Shown here: positions 12,851-24,911 of the stretch, piece by piece
How the letters are laid out: every line of letters starts with the position of its first letter
Position numbering within the stretch: the first letter of the stretch is position 1
NCBI GenBank assembly: GCA_951406725.2
Contig: OX597818.1
Span: 96,286,001 to 96,350,000, forward strand
Direction of reading: 5' to 3'
Source of the DNA: Octopus vulgaris
Taxonomy: Eukaryota
Length of the DNA: 64,000 nucleotides
Notes under the pieces: generated by a model
Databases searched by the model: none
Told to the model about the DNA's origin: nothing
Seen by the model: the letters and a program-made list of their open reading frames with translations, nothing else
Translations under genes and position numbers: made by a program

Positions 12851-14145
12851 TGATAGATGAAGAAACTGTTAAGAGGTTAGTTAACTGACGCTTATGTGAT
12901 AGTTTTCTACACGGAAGAAGTTATACGTGACCACATTATTGGTGACATCAGTTGTAACCGCAGTAGCAACGGCAGTAACAAGGTCACTCGATATGTTAAA
13001 AATAGCAATCAAATCTCTTTTCATTCACATACCGTATCATCTTAAAACTAGAAAGACACGTTGATGAATGTAGTGTTAGATATACAAAGAAGAGATATTG
13101 GTTATGGCTGGAATGTTTCTCGCTATAGTTCTGATATATGAAGTGTAATCTGGTGCTGAACAATAACAATAACAACAGCAACAGCAATAACAGGAGTGAG
13201 AATAGTAGTAACTACTGCAATAGTAACAACCAGAAAAGAAATACTGGCGTTTAATAATACTGTTTCTGATGACAAATGTCACATCGGCCGAGGTTGTTGT
13301 AGTAGCAGCGAATGTATAGATACCATCTGGTAGCACGATCGCTGCAGTAAAAGCAGAAGTGCAAACTGCAGCGGCAGCAGCAATAGCAGCAAAGATCCAG
13401 TGAAATCAGCAGCGGCAGCAACAGCAACAATAGTAGCCAAAACTGTAACAACACTGGTATCGAATTATAGAATTTAGAATGGTAATGTACTGGAAAATAT
13501 TTGGCATAAACAACAGTATCTCTTTCTTCCGTAGACTTGCGTTTGGCACGACCAGAAACACGCTACATATAACGTTTATTATGCGATCTGTGATATTGTT
13601 CCAACATTATGCCTTTTAAAGCTAGTAATAATTTCTGATTTAGGCACAAAGCCAGCAGTTTGGTGAGGAGGAGGCGGTCAGGGGATACCATCGATTGCAG
13701 TACTTGACTGATTACTTTATTTTGTCAATCCCGAAAGGATGAAAGGCAAAGTTAACCTTGGCGGGATTTGAAGTCAGAAAGCAAAGAGTCTGAAGAAATA
13801 TCGCAAAGCATCTTTTCCGATGCCCTTACGATTCTGCCAGTTCGCCGCCCTTTTTAAAGTTAACAATATTTGCGATCTCTGCTCCTCACAAGAAAAGCAA
13901 ATGATGCTAACGAATTTCATCCTGGATTCCCTGTTGTAGTCTAAAGTTTTCTTTAAAAATATTCTCGAGAGGGAGAATCAAACTCTAGTAGATGATGATT
14001 AAACAAAGGGAAAGGACATTATTTACATTATTTACATTTGACGGATATTTGTCCTCATCTTATTTGTTGCCCACGGGCATATGGCGCAGTGGTTAAGAGC
14101 ACGGGCTACTAACCTCAAGATTCCGAGTTCGATTCCAATCAGTGA

Positions 14146-14179
<34 letters not shown>

Positions 14180-14181
<2 letters not shown>

Positions 14182-14352
14182 AACAGCATCTATTCATGAA
14201 TTTATTTAAGTATTAATTTTTTTTTAATACATATTTTACCTGTGAATTTGCGTGTGTAATCTGGGAATGCATACAATGAACTTCTCTGCTCTAGGTGTAC
14301 GGAAAACACTCGGCGAGAAATGGAAGAAAATTTGAAGAAAGCAGGAAAAAAA
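14180..14352 (+). mobile_element. 5'-truncated 3' end of R4/Dong-like LINE, inserted in (AAT)n
   Basis: Similar to the 3' UTR at 59625-59790 (CTCTAG.TG...GGAA.ACAC.CGGC.AGAAATG..A..AAA.TTGAA). Confidence 0.7.
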
Positions 14353-14377
14353 CAATAACAACAACAACAACAATAAC

Positions 14378-14432
<55 letters not shown>

Positions 14433-14547
14433 GAACTAGTGAGTTTAGTTTAATGGCCTACCAATGTATACTATGAGTTTCTTTGCCCTAGGAGTTGGGA
14501 AGACACTCGGCAAGAAATGGAAGCAAATTTGAAAGAAGAAGAAAAGG
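14433..14547 (+). mobile_element. Second 5'-truncated 3' end of R4/Dong-like LINE, inserted in (AAT)n
   Basis: TTTAATGGCCTACCAATGTATACT...GGAAGACACTCGGCAAGAAATG closely matches 59681-59770. Confidence 0.8.
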
Positions 14548-14591
14548 ATAACAATAATAATAATAATAACAACAACAACAACAACAACAAC

Positions 14592-14632
<41 letters not shown>

Positions 14633-14704
14633 TAATAATAATAATAAAATAATTACATCGAAATATACCTTAGGAATGAGAACCCAGGTTCGAAATTTCC
14701 TCAA

Positions 14705-14750
14705 GACACCTGATGAAGGCTAGAGAGTATATCAGCCGAAATGTTGTGTT
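14705..14750 (+). ncRNA. Minimal type I hammerhead ribozyme (Penelope-type)
   Basis: Stem I GACAC/GTGTT; core CTGATGA 14710-14716; stem II GGCT/AGCC; GAAA 14738-14741; loopless stem III (AACGTT palindrome in the other copies, AATGTT here); GUU triplet. Confidence 0.75.
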
Positions 14751-15103
14751 AGCAACAAACAAGATGAGGACAAATATCCGTCAAATGTAAATAATGTAAA
14801 TAATGTCCATAATTCCTCATCTTTTAAATATAGAACTGAAAGGCAAAGGATTCTACTATCTCCTCTAATCTAGTCCAACCGATTCCCTTATCTTTCCACA
14901 TTTCATTACCTAACATTGAGTCCATTTCAAAGGCTGAACAACACCCACTTGTCCAGTTGGAACGTTTTATGAACTCTCCCTCACATCAACTAAGGTTTTG
15001 ACTCTAATCATTAGACAGTAAATTAGCAAAGGTTTTGGAGACATTTTGGCTTTAATTTACTACAAACAAAATATAACTGGAAGACAAGATATACAGCTTA
15101 GGT

Positions 15104-15167
<64 letters not shown>

Positions 15168-16269
15168 AGAGGGATGAAGTGCGACACATCAATATGGGTC
15201 CCGCAAACATAACCTAGCGTCCCACCTCTGTTGGGAGAAGGATGGAGGTATCAAGTAAAAAATGTCTACATAAAGAAGGGTTAGGATGTGTTGTGTTGCT
15301 CTGAAGTATCCTTAGAATTTCAGGTATTGATGATGCTAAATTTACAATTAGATCATATTAAGGATGGTGAGCTGGCAGAATCGTTATATGGCGTCTTTGT
15401 GGAAGTTGTTCCGGATCTTTATATTCTGAGTTCATATCCTGCCGCGGTCAACTTTGTTTTTCATGCCTCCGGGATCGAGAAAATAAAGTACCAACCTAAT
15501 AAAGTGGTTGGTGGTCTCAATCAACAGCCTCCCTTCAAAATTACTAGCCTTGCGTCGGTATTAGAAACCATTATACGGTCATGTTTGTCATGATTCTATA
15601 GTGATAACAAAGGGTCCTATTTTAATGTTAGGTAGTCGACAAATCCGTACATTAAAGGACCATTTAAGGACTTATTGCTTCACAAAATAGTGAAACCGAA
15701 ATAATTACTCCAACAGTAATAACAAGAATATATATGATCACTGCAGCGAAATCAGCCATAAAGTGAACGACAGCACTAATAAGGGCAATAAAAAATCCAT
15801 TACTAGATGCACGCAAAAAACAGTGATTGTAGACGGCACAAGTTCTCAGACTGGGGAAACATGGGCTGAATATCTAGACCCTAGTTCTCAACTAGTACTT
15901 ATTTTGTCGATCCCGAAAGGACGTAAGACAAAGTCGACCTCGGTAGAACTTGAACTTAGAATGTAAAGACGGACGAAATGCCGCCAGGTATTTTGCCCGG
16001 CACGGTAACGATTCTCCCAGCTCGTTGTCTTACACTTTATAATACATGACACAACAACCCTATAACTTCAAGTCAGACAGTCAGAAGACAAATATGCTTC
16101 ACCTACACATCTAAAGCTGTGGTTCTCAACGAGGGTCTACATGACACTTGGAGATCCATATAAGATTTAGTTGTAAAAATTTATGTGCAGGTGCAGGAGT
16201 GGTTGTGTGGCAAGTAGCTCGCGTTGTGTGGCAAGTCACGTCTTTCGACGTGAATAATTGAACACTTGA

Positions 16270-16950
16270 AGCACGACCACAGGTAAAGCATTTGATTTTT
16301 GGGGGGATTAGTGAAGTCTGTTGTCTGTATGGTTAACATTTTTTTTTTCGAACAAGGGTCTTCACTGAGTTCCAGGCATTTCTTTGCCAGTGGTCGTACT
16401 AAAAGACTCACTTTTAGTGAGAATTTGTGTGTGTTTTCGGGAGGCGTGTCCGTCCGAAATTTTTTTGGAATTCTCTTTGACTGTGTTTGTGCCCCTTCAA
16501 GTGGATTTTTACCATAAAGGATAGGAGTACAGCCGGAGTTGGACGGAATACCATTTGTGCTGCGAAGGACTACCAGTTTGGATTACCAGTAGCAGAATTG
16601 TGTTGTGTTGTGTTGTCATTCCTTCGCTCTTTCTTCTCCTGTCTGTCTTCCTGATCTTTTTTGTGTTTCTTTATAGACTTAAAAAGAAAAAAGAAGAGAA
16701 AAAAGAAAAAAGAAGAGAAAAAAGAAAAACGGGGCATGTCCCGAAACCCCTTCGGCGGTATGTGTGCAAAAGCAGGGAGGAAAGAACATAACCTCGTGAG
16801 TAGGATGTGTTCTACCGAGTTGAGGCCCCTTTCAATGAAAGTAGTGAAGAATATATCTTCTGCTATCTCAGGGGAGGGGCTATTGACAGCTTTGTGGAGA
16901 ATGGTATGGATAGTCGGGTCCTGAGTGAACCGAATTGTATTGACAGCCCA
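16270..16950 (-). mobile_element. Possible decayed gag-like fragment
   Basis: Minus frames give KFRTDTPPENTHKF..LAKKCLELSED and PPKIKCFTCGR (start of a CCHC knuckle, truncated). Confidence 0.3.
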
Positions 16951-17588
16951 GAGTGGCCTTCGCAGGTGGCTGCTCTGGTACTGGAAAGAAAGTACTGTGA
17001 TCTACTACTACTACCCTCATAAACGCATACATTGATTACATTACACTTAACCTTCAAAGCGATAACATCAACCCACAAGCAAACGAGATTAGAACTTTCA
17101 GGATAGCGACATACTTTTGCTTCACTGAAAAAGACGACACAAATAGATAGACTATAAAACAAATATTAAGCTTCGTTTAGCTGGGCCATTAAAAAGCTGT
17201 GTTATATACTCGCGTGTGAGAGCTCGCATATACGATAAAAATGGGCAATGATTTTAATCTGCAAATATGAAAAAAAGAAAACAGTAAAACTTTCTGACCT
17301 CGTGACAAAATTGCATAATTTGTTGGCACATAAAAGTGTCATGTCATACAGGTTACACTAAGCATTGGCCTAGATACCTCAGGAACATTAAACGCTAGTA
17401 GAGTGTTCAGAAACCTGTAAATCGCTCGTGTAATGAGACATGTGTCTAACCTCGTTCAACAGTGCCCTCCACTCGGTTCTTCTTCCCCAGATGAATATAT
17501 GCAAGCATGTCCGTAATCTATAAATATGTGAACACACAAACGCATATACACATACATGTACATGTGTACGTGTGCTTGAATATACATA

Positions 17589-18749
17589 CAGATGGACAAA
17601 ACAATGAAAACACCTTGTTAAAGGAGTTTATTATTTTAATACGGAGCTAGTCTACCTAAGGCATCAATCATAGCTTTAATATGTTGAGGAATTGACTTAC
17701 ACAGGTTCTGAGTGGTTATTAGGGGTACATGCTTTAGGTCTTTCAGCGATGATAGCGGAAGAGTCCTTGCACGTTCTTCTTCAAAATGCTTCATAGATGT
17801 TCGATTGAAGTGAGATCCGATGATTTGGTGATGGCAGTGGTTGCAATACAAGAGGTCTACTTCAGTTTCGTGCTCTTCATACCAATTTTGAATAACAGTC
17901 GTGTGAATAGGCGCATTATTGTCTTGGAAAATCGTGCTACCACTAGGGAACAATGTTTGTTCCACAGGAGCAAGATCATCCAAATGCTCAGATAATCCTT
18001 GGCATTAACTATACCATGTAGCACAACTAAATTTTTTGATATCGTTGCCCAAATCATCACCGAGCCACCCCCTGTTTCTTTGTAGGAGCCACACAGAGAG
18101 GGTTGAAGGCCTCTTTCAGCTGTCCCCAGATATAAACTCACCTAAAGTGGAACATAGGGTGATTGATGTTTCATCAGAGAAGACATTATTCCATTGAGCC
18201 ATCGACACTTCGGTTAGTCTACACACCATTCCCCCCCACTTTATCAGTTGATGGAGGACATAAGTTCTATGGGCCCAACTTTTTGGAGCTCATGACAAAC
18301 AATTTTGGTTGACTCAGGGTTGGCAAAGATTTCGCTCTGTTGTTTCTCTTGCTGCCGAATTTCGATGGTTTTTAGAAACAATGCTTTCTACTATTCCGTA
18401 GCCCTCTCTGTGGCTTTGCCTTCAGTTCAGAATTACTCTTGCTAGAACTGGCTTTATATTGGTTTCGGAATGTCAATATGATTTTAAAGACTGTAGCACT
18501 CGAAATATTTTAAAAAATAAAACAGTTATAGTGAACAAAGTTCTATCTGCGCTTCAACAATTTGTCTTCTGTAGAAATCAAAGTTTACGCATTTTAAGTT
18601 AATGAAATAAAAACATCTATAATAAAGTGTTATGTGATAAGTTACAAGGTATACATAATGCATGTGAATTCATAGTTTTGAATTTGTCATATTTTCAATA
18701 AAAAATATTTAACTAAAAAGTGGTATTTCCATTATTTTGCCCAATACCT
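17589..18749 (-). mobile_element. Tc1-like transposon, defective
   Basis: Imperfect TIRs TGGACAAAACAATGAAAACACC / GGTATTTCCATTATTTTGCCCA; minus-strand peptides FSDET, GGSVMIWATIS, IFQDNNAPIHT, LCKSIPQHIKAMIDALG. Confidence 0.85.
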
Positions 18750-18764
18750 ACGCGCGCGCACGCA

Positions 18765-18850
<86 letters not shown>

Positions 18851-19109
18851 AGTACATATATCTTATAATATAAACAAATGTAAGACAAGAAATCTGAACC
18901 GAATTATCGAAGCGTGTATGTGTGTGTGTGTGTGTCCTTCGATATTTTATTTAACTCATATCAGCAACAGAGTGTTTAGTGGAGGGCGTAGGGAAGCAGC
19001 TGAATATATATGAAAACAATCATGAACACTTAATTTGAACAAAGATATGAATCGGTGTGTGTGTGTGTGTGTGTGTGTTGCGTGTATACGTTTTTTATGC
19101 CTTAAACTA

Positions 19110-19500
19110 AGGCAGATTAACGCGGTTGAAGTTCAGTTTAAACGTCTCTCAAGGGAAAAGTTGGGTGGTAACAGATTTCCTAAACGCTGATTTTTATGTG
19201 AAGTGTTTAATGAGGAGCAGTAGTGGAGGAAATACAGCGTGAGTGTCAAAATGAAGGGAGAACTTGGGTGCCGTAGATTTGTAACTAGTTAGCTCCCGGA
19301 AAAAAAACCTTTATTGTAACTGTAGAATAGGCAGTGACAAGAGTGTCTATGGTTAAGACTTTGGGAGAAAATTTTGCATGTGGGAACAAGATTGTTTTCG
19401 GGACCAGACACAGTAAAAGGATCTCTTTTTTAAAACTAAGAGGAGTTGTGATTTATTTACTTATGCATTTTGGAAGTGTGTTGTCAGATATTAATATACC
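19110..19500 (-). mobile_element. Decayed C-terminus of CR1/Jockey-group LINE ORF2
   Basis: QSLNHRHSCHCLFYSYNKG (cf. QSLSHRRxVASLSLFYRYYxG) and terminal FKLNFNRVNL. Confidence 0.5.
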
Positions 19501-19871
19501 CTTCTTTCACTCTCTTGGACCCAGGTCGATGTATCTCTCATGGGTCCTGCTGTGGATAAGACGGCGCAGTAAGTCTTTACTAATTAATTAATTGACTGCC
19601 TTTAAATGGGATCTAGGATGTAGGTGTGCAGCAACAGGAATAGCGGTGGCTGGGGTAGCAATGGCAGCACTGCCTCATATGTAGGAGTAGTTCTCCATTC
19701 TAGAGTTTACGTGAAGAGTATCAGTGAGATGATCAGAGCTGAAATATTCAACAATCTTGAAACAAGGAAGAGAGTCTTTGGCAGCGGTCCCTAACCTATT
19801 TTGTGTTTCAGACTGGTTTCATGCAAGATAATTTTTCCACGGACTAGGGTATCAAATGGGTAAATAGGTGA

Positions 19872-20206
19872 AGCCCCGCTTCGGCCATGAATGACTGTGG
19901 GATTGCATTTAGGAAGTTAACCTCCGAGGCACAAGTCTGGGCAGGTTTGTTTTATGGAAGACCAGCAGTTGCCGATGCATACCAGCCTCCTTCTCTCAAC
20001 GCCACCGATGTTATCCAAGGGAAAGGAAAGGCTGATACAGCTTGGCACCAGTGACATTGCAACTTATTTCTACAGCTCAGTAAACAAGAGCAACGTGAAA
20101 TAAAGTGTCTTCCTCAAGAGCACGACACACAGATCGGTTCCGGAATCGAACTCACTACCTCATGATTGTGAGTCCGACACTCTAACCACTGAGTCATGCG
20201 TCTTCA
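19872..20206 (-). mobile_element. SINE family C inside the hAT MITE
   Basis: Collinear with 4690-5013. Confidence 0.85.
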
Positions 20207-20396
20207 CTGCCGGGGTATCACATGCATAAAAAAATTGCATAACAAAAAGTGCATAGCTATATAATTTAATTATTACTTATATGATACATACATAGATACA
20301 TACATACATACATGCTAACATACATACATACATACATACATACATACATACATACATACATACATACATACATACATAAATGCATATATATATATG

Positions 20397-22772
20397 TTGG
20401 TTTCAAATTTTGGCTCAAGGCTAGCAATTTCGGAGATAGGGCTAAGTCGTTTATATCGATCCAATTGCTGAATTGGTATTTATTTTATCGACCACGAAAG
20501 GATGAAAGGCAAAGTCGATCCCAGTAGCATTTGAATTCAGAACATGAAGACGAACGAAATGCTGCTAAGCATTTTACCCAGCGTGCTAACGATTTGTAGT
20601 GGCTTCATTAAGGCAAAGCGTGAATTCAATCGATAGCCAAATTCCACTTAACAGTTCAACAGCACTTTTCTCACGGTAAAACAACAGTGTTTCTGTGAGT
20701 GACAGCAGTTACGTTTACCAGATGCCTTCGCGAAGCAGAATTCTTTGCCACTTGTCACTTCTAACCTCTTCTAGGCTACCAAAAGTTAGTGAACAGAGAT
20801 CAACAAGAGTCATGGCCACAAGCAGGCAGCCACTTGAGAGTCACGATTACAATTGGTGACCTGACGTTCCACCATAACAGGCATCGATTACAATTTATTT
20901 TCTTGTAGTTGGTTTGGTTGTAACCTTCTTTCTCTCTCTGGCCGTTTGGAAGGCTGCGCGATTACAATTGGTGTCCCTGACTCAAAAGAACTACTTCCTT
21001 CTGATGCTACATGCCACTGCATTTTGCTAATCTCCGAGCTAAAGAATGACAACCTTCGTCACCAGTAAGGTGCACCTTCGTTCGACTTGTTACAGTGCGC
21101 GCAACAGAAAGCACTATACTGCAATGCAAACTGCGATTAACTTCACTATAATGCAAGCCTGCCGGCGCACAAAGAGTTCGATGACCATGCAACCTCAATT
21201 TAACTGGAAAAAAATACGGAAGCCCGCACATGCAACCTTTTCGGCACATACACGCTTTTCGTCTCGTCCCGACGTACAGACCCTGCATTGTCTACGAACT
21301 TTTGCACGTATCTAAGACTCTCATATAGATTCTCAACAGCTCTTTTTCTTTCCATGCGCATCTTTTTATTACTTTCAGCAGTAGACTTTTAACAAAGGAC
21401 ACTATTTTCAACTAAGTTTTCCACTTTTTGTTTATTCATTTCTGTACCGTTCATTTCTTTTGCTGCACCATACAACTTTCATACATGTATTTGCATACTA
21501 ACACTGTCACATTCATGCACCACACCATGCCTTTCTCGCTTGTTTTTCATGCTCTCTGCGTCCTTGTAGACACAACTTGTCTCTGTAAGACACTAGGTCG
21601 GTTACGTATACACAGAGAAAATTGTTGTTTACAACGCACCAGCATGCCTCACTTTTACTCTTGCACATTTGAAGACATTTAATAGCTCATGCATCAGCTG
21701 GCATATCCAGCACTGCCTCAATCACTGGCATATTTAACACTGTTTTGTATTTATAATCAATACACTAGCATACTGCATAGCCTTGCGCATCCATTTGCGC
21801 ACACACATGCACCTCTATTATGCCTACTGCCTTGTTTTCAATACATCTTTGCCAGCTCAGCTCAGCTCTTTTCCCGTCTCAATGCACGTCGGATGTTCAC
21901 ATGCTCTCTGCGCTCATGTTAGACATAATTTCCCTCTGTTCGACCCCTGTTTGGTCACGTAATGAATGGAGAAAATTACCTGTCTCGCACATCACTCCAG
22001 GATGCTATACTGTCGTTCTTGCTAACCTCAGCAATTACCCACGACAATAACGCCAGACACATTTCACTTCTGAAAAACCTTCAAGGCATTTCATACACTG
22101 CAATTCTGTAGGAAGATCTACCATATCATGGATTGAGAATACACTGACTCGCTCACCTGAGTTTATTTTACAGTGAATTTTGATATGTGCACCAGCACTC
22201 GTGTATACGCCCTCACGCGCACGCACGCGCTAACTCATTTTCCGTAATGCCCAGTCACTGACTGCACACATTTTGGTGCGCAAAGCAACACGGCTATTCG
22301 GACTTATCCAAATAGAAAATTGACCCGTACACACTTCAATGGTCCTCTCTCCTGATATGCAAAATTTTTCCTCAGCCATGCATTTCTTTCTCTTCTGCGA
22401 TCGTTCGTTTCCTTTGCTCAGAACCTCTCGGTGGGGTGGGGTGGAGAGTGATGTAGTGGCTTCATGCAGGCATAGCGTGAATTCGGTCCTCGATAGCCAA
22501 ATTTCACTTAACAGTTCAACAGCACTCTTCTCACGGTAAAACAATAGTTTTTCTGTGACAGCAGTTACATTTACCAGATGCCTTCGCTAAGCAGAATTAT
22601 GTCTTTCCCACTTGACACTTCTAACCTCTTCTGGCCACCAAAAGTTAGTGAACAGAGATCAACAAAAGTCATGGCCACAAGCAGGCAGCCACTTGAGAGT
22701 CACGATTACAATTGGTGACCTGACGTTCAACCATAGCATGCATCGATTACAGATTATACCAGCTTGCCACCT
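20397..22772 (-). mobile_element. SINE family A split by the LTR element
   Basis: SINE text stops at GCGTGCTAACGATT (20594) and resumes as GATTATACCAGCTTGCCACCTT (22752). Confidence 0.85.
20595..22751 (+). mobile_element. Non-autonomous LTR retroelement (Gypsy-like signals)
   Basis: LTRs 20595-20892 and 22452-22751, both TGTAGT...ATTACA; 4-bp TSD GATT; G-rich polypurine tract 22430-22451; tRNA-Trp-like PBS motifs TGGTG(A/T)CC; no recognisable ORF inside. Confidence 0.9.
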
Positions 22773-23514
22773 TATATAATACATATACGTGTAATACATA
22801 GTACGTATATAGTGCAAAAACACCCTGCAGACTGCAATAGTTATTAAAAGAGATATAAAATTCAAAATTAATTCTTTCTGGTACGTCCCAGTATAAAATG
22901 ATCCAGGGTCCAGCGGTTGGGGTCCCCTGGTCTATGGGATGCAGTTTTCTATGTTTAATCTGAGATTTCCGGGGATGTGTGTGCATGTATGGTAGCGGCG
23001 GTGAGAGATCATAATTGTTTGTGAGACCTAAAAACTTGCATCAACTTTGCTGGTTTTTAATGGTTGAATTATCCCCCCAACGTCTAGAGAGTATAAGGTA
23101 CAAAGATTGTTGCAATCGAAATCAACTTTATATATGTTCTGTTACGATTGACCTATGTGCAGCATAAATCTCAATTAGCAATTTACGAAAAACAAAATAA
23201 ACAAACAGCAAAACAGCAACAACAGAAACAATAAAATAAAATAGTCCACAACCTACATTGCTGCTCTTTACTCAACGAGATTTACCTCAGTCCCACTCCC
23301 CCCACTACATACCCGACCACCGCTACACATATTGAAATGTCTTATCTAGAGCTAGCAACACACAATAGATCTCAGTACGTAATATCTCTCCCCATCTCCC
23401 CCACCATCAATACTTTTCAGAGATAATCTGCTTTTGCAGAGTGTTTGTCAGTCAGTTTTCTCAACGTTTAGTATTTATGTAGTGTTTTTCTTAATTGCTG
23501 CGGCGGACTGTTTA

Positions 23515-23654
23515 TGTATGTATGTATGTATGTATGTATGTATGTATGTATGTATGTATGTATGTATGTATGTATGTATGTATGTATGTATGTATGTATG
23601 TATGTATGTATGTATGTATGTATGTATGTTTGTATGTTTGTGTGTGTGTATGTT

Positions 23655-23711
<57 letters not shown>

Positions 23712-24320
23712 ATGTATGTATGTATGTATGTATGTATGTGTGTGTATGTTTGTGCGTGCGTGCGTGCGTGTGTGTGTATGTATGTATATATGTACGTAAA
23801 CATGTGCGCGTCTGTTATGCGTGTGTGTATTGGAGAGTATGTATATATTTATGAATGTTTTTGTATAGGTGTATGTATGTATGTATGTATGTGTGTGTGC
23901 GTGCGTGTGCGGGTGTGTGTGTATGTATGTATGTACGTAAACATGTGCGCGTCTGTATGCGCGTGTGTGTGTGTGAATGTGTGTTGGAGTGTATGTATAT
24001 ATTTATGAATGTTTTTATATAGGTGTATGCATGTATGTATGTATGTGTATCTATGTATTTATAGACGTTTGTATAAATATTTATGTGTGTGCCTGTATAA
24101 ACACGCACATAAAATATACACTTGACAAACAACATTAGATGTATGCGTGTGTGTACACAAACGCGCGCTTGTCTGTGTGTGTGTGTGTGTGTGTGTGTAC
24201 GCACAAACATATGCACTGTTAGTGGATGCGTGTTTGCGTGTTCATTTGTCTGTGTAGGTTTATATATGATGTGTGTGTATACGTGTGTATGTGTCTATGT
24301 GTGTGTGTGCACGCGTGTTT
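23515..24320. repeat. Long compound (TATG)n/(TG)n low-complexity tract with an internal duplication of about 140-bp period
   Basis: TATGTACGTAAACATGTGCGCGTCTGT...TATTTATGAATGTTTTT occurs near 23789 and 23930. Confidence 0.9.
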
Positions 24321-24864
24321 GTGCATATATATCATCATAGGTACTAGAAAATATGCCTAACATCTTAATAAAGCAAACTTACACATCATTTTATTGAATA
24401 AATACCATATGTTTAGATAAGAGTATATCATGTTTATCATTAGTGTAGAAAAAGTATAAGCTATTCAATGAAAAGAAAAAAAAAATTACCTAGAAAACGA
24501 GCCCCCACCCAACCAAAAAAACCCCTCTGGAGTCGGTTTAATATCTTCGTTAATTTATAACACACTTTCAACATAAAATATGGGAAGCGGAATATGTCGA
24601 CGAATAACACTATGTAAGCTGACGAACGAACGAACCACGCGAATGCAGCCTAATTGCTTAAAACGGCGTAGCAGTGTTATATAATATAATAATAACCTTG
24701 TCTTACTTTCTTTTTATTTCAACCCCTTCTTGTTTACAACTTAAAAGTTTGAGTAGTAATGGCCGCGGTGATCGTCTGGTTTTTTCTTTTTTTAATTGAT
24801 TTCTTGTAATGACACACAATATCGCAACATCTTCAAGGGAGTGCTATCACTGTCGATCGAAGGG

Positions 24865-24911
<47 letters not shown>

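Larger units (their letters stand above)
14016..14837 (+). mobile_element. tRNA-headed SINE family D with (AAT)n linker, hammerhead-containing tail and inverted tail fragment
   Basis: Inverted tail piece 14016-14070; tRNA-like head 14075-14149 (A box TGGCGCAGTGG, B box GAGTTCGATTCC); tail 14657-14837; direct repeat GAAAGG at 14010-14015 and 14838-14843. Confidence 0.85.
19782..22929. mobile_element. hAT (Charlie/MER1-like) MITE expanded by nested insertions
   Basis: TIRs CAGCGGTCCCTAACC / GGTTGGGGTCCCCTG; 8-bp TSD GTCTTTGG (19774-19781) / GTCTATGG (22930-22937). Confidence 0.8.

Noticed and set aside
13160-13455. Gln/Ala/Ser-rich coding exon
   Set aside because: Degenerate (GCA/ACA/GTA)n tract with frequent stops and no splice context
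14075-14149. Functional tRNA gene (apparent ACT anticodon)
   Set aside because: Acceptor and T stems pair poorly, there is no T-run terminator, and the sequence is fused to the same linker and tail in both copies, so it is a SINE head
14471-14723. Poly-Asn and poly-Leu ORFs (also poly-Ile/Leu at 62083-62445)
   Set aside because: Translations of the (AAT)n linker of SINE D
21007-22544. gag/pol ORFs inside the LTR element
   Set aside because: Short ORFs with no recognisable protease, RT or integrase motifs
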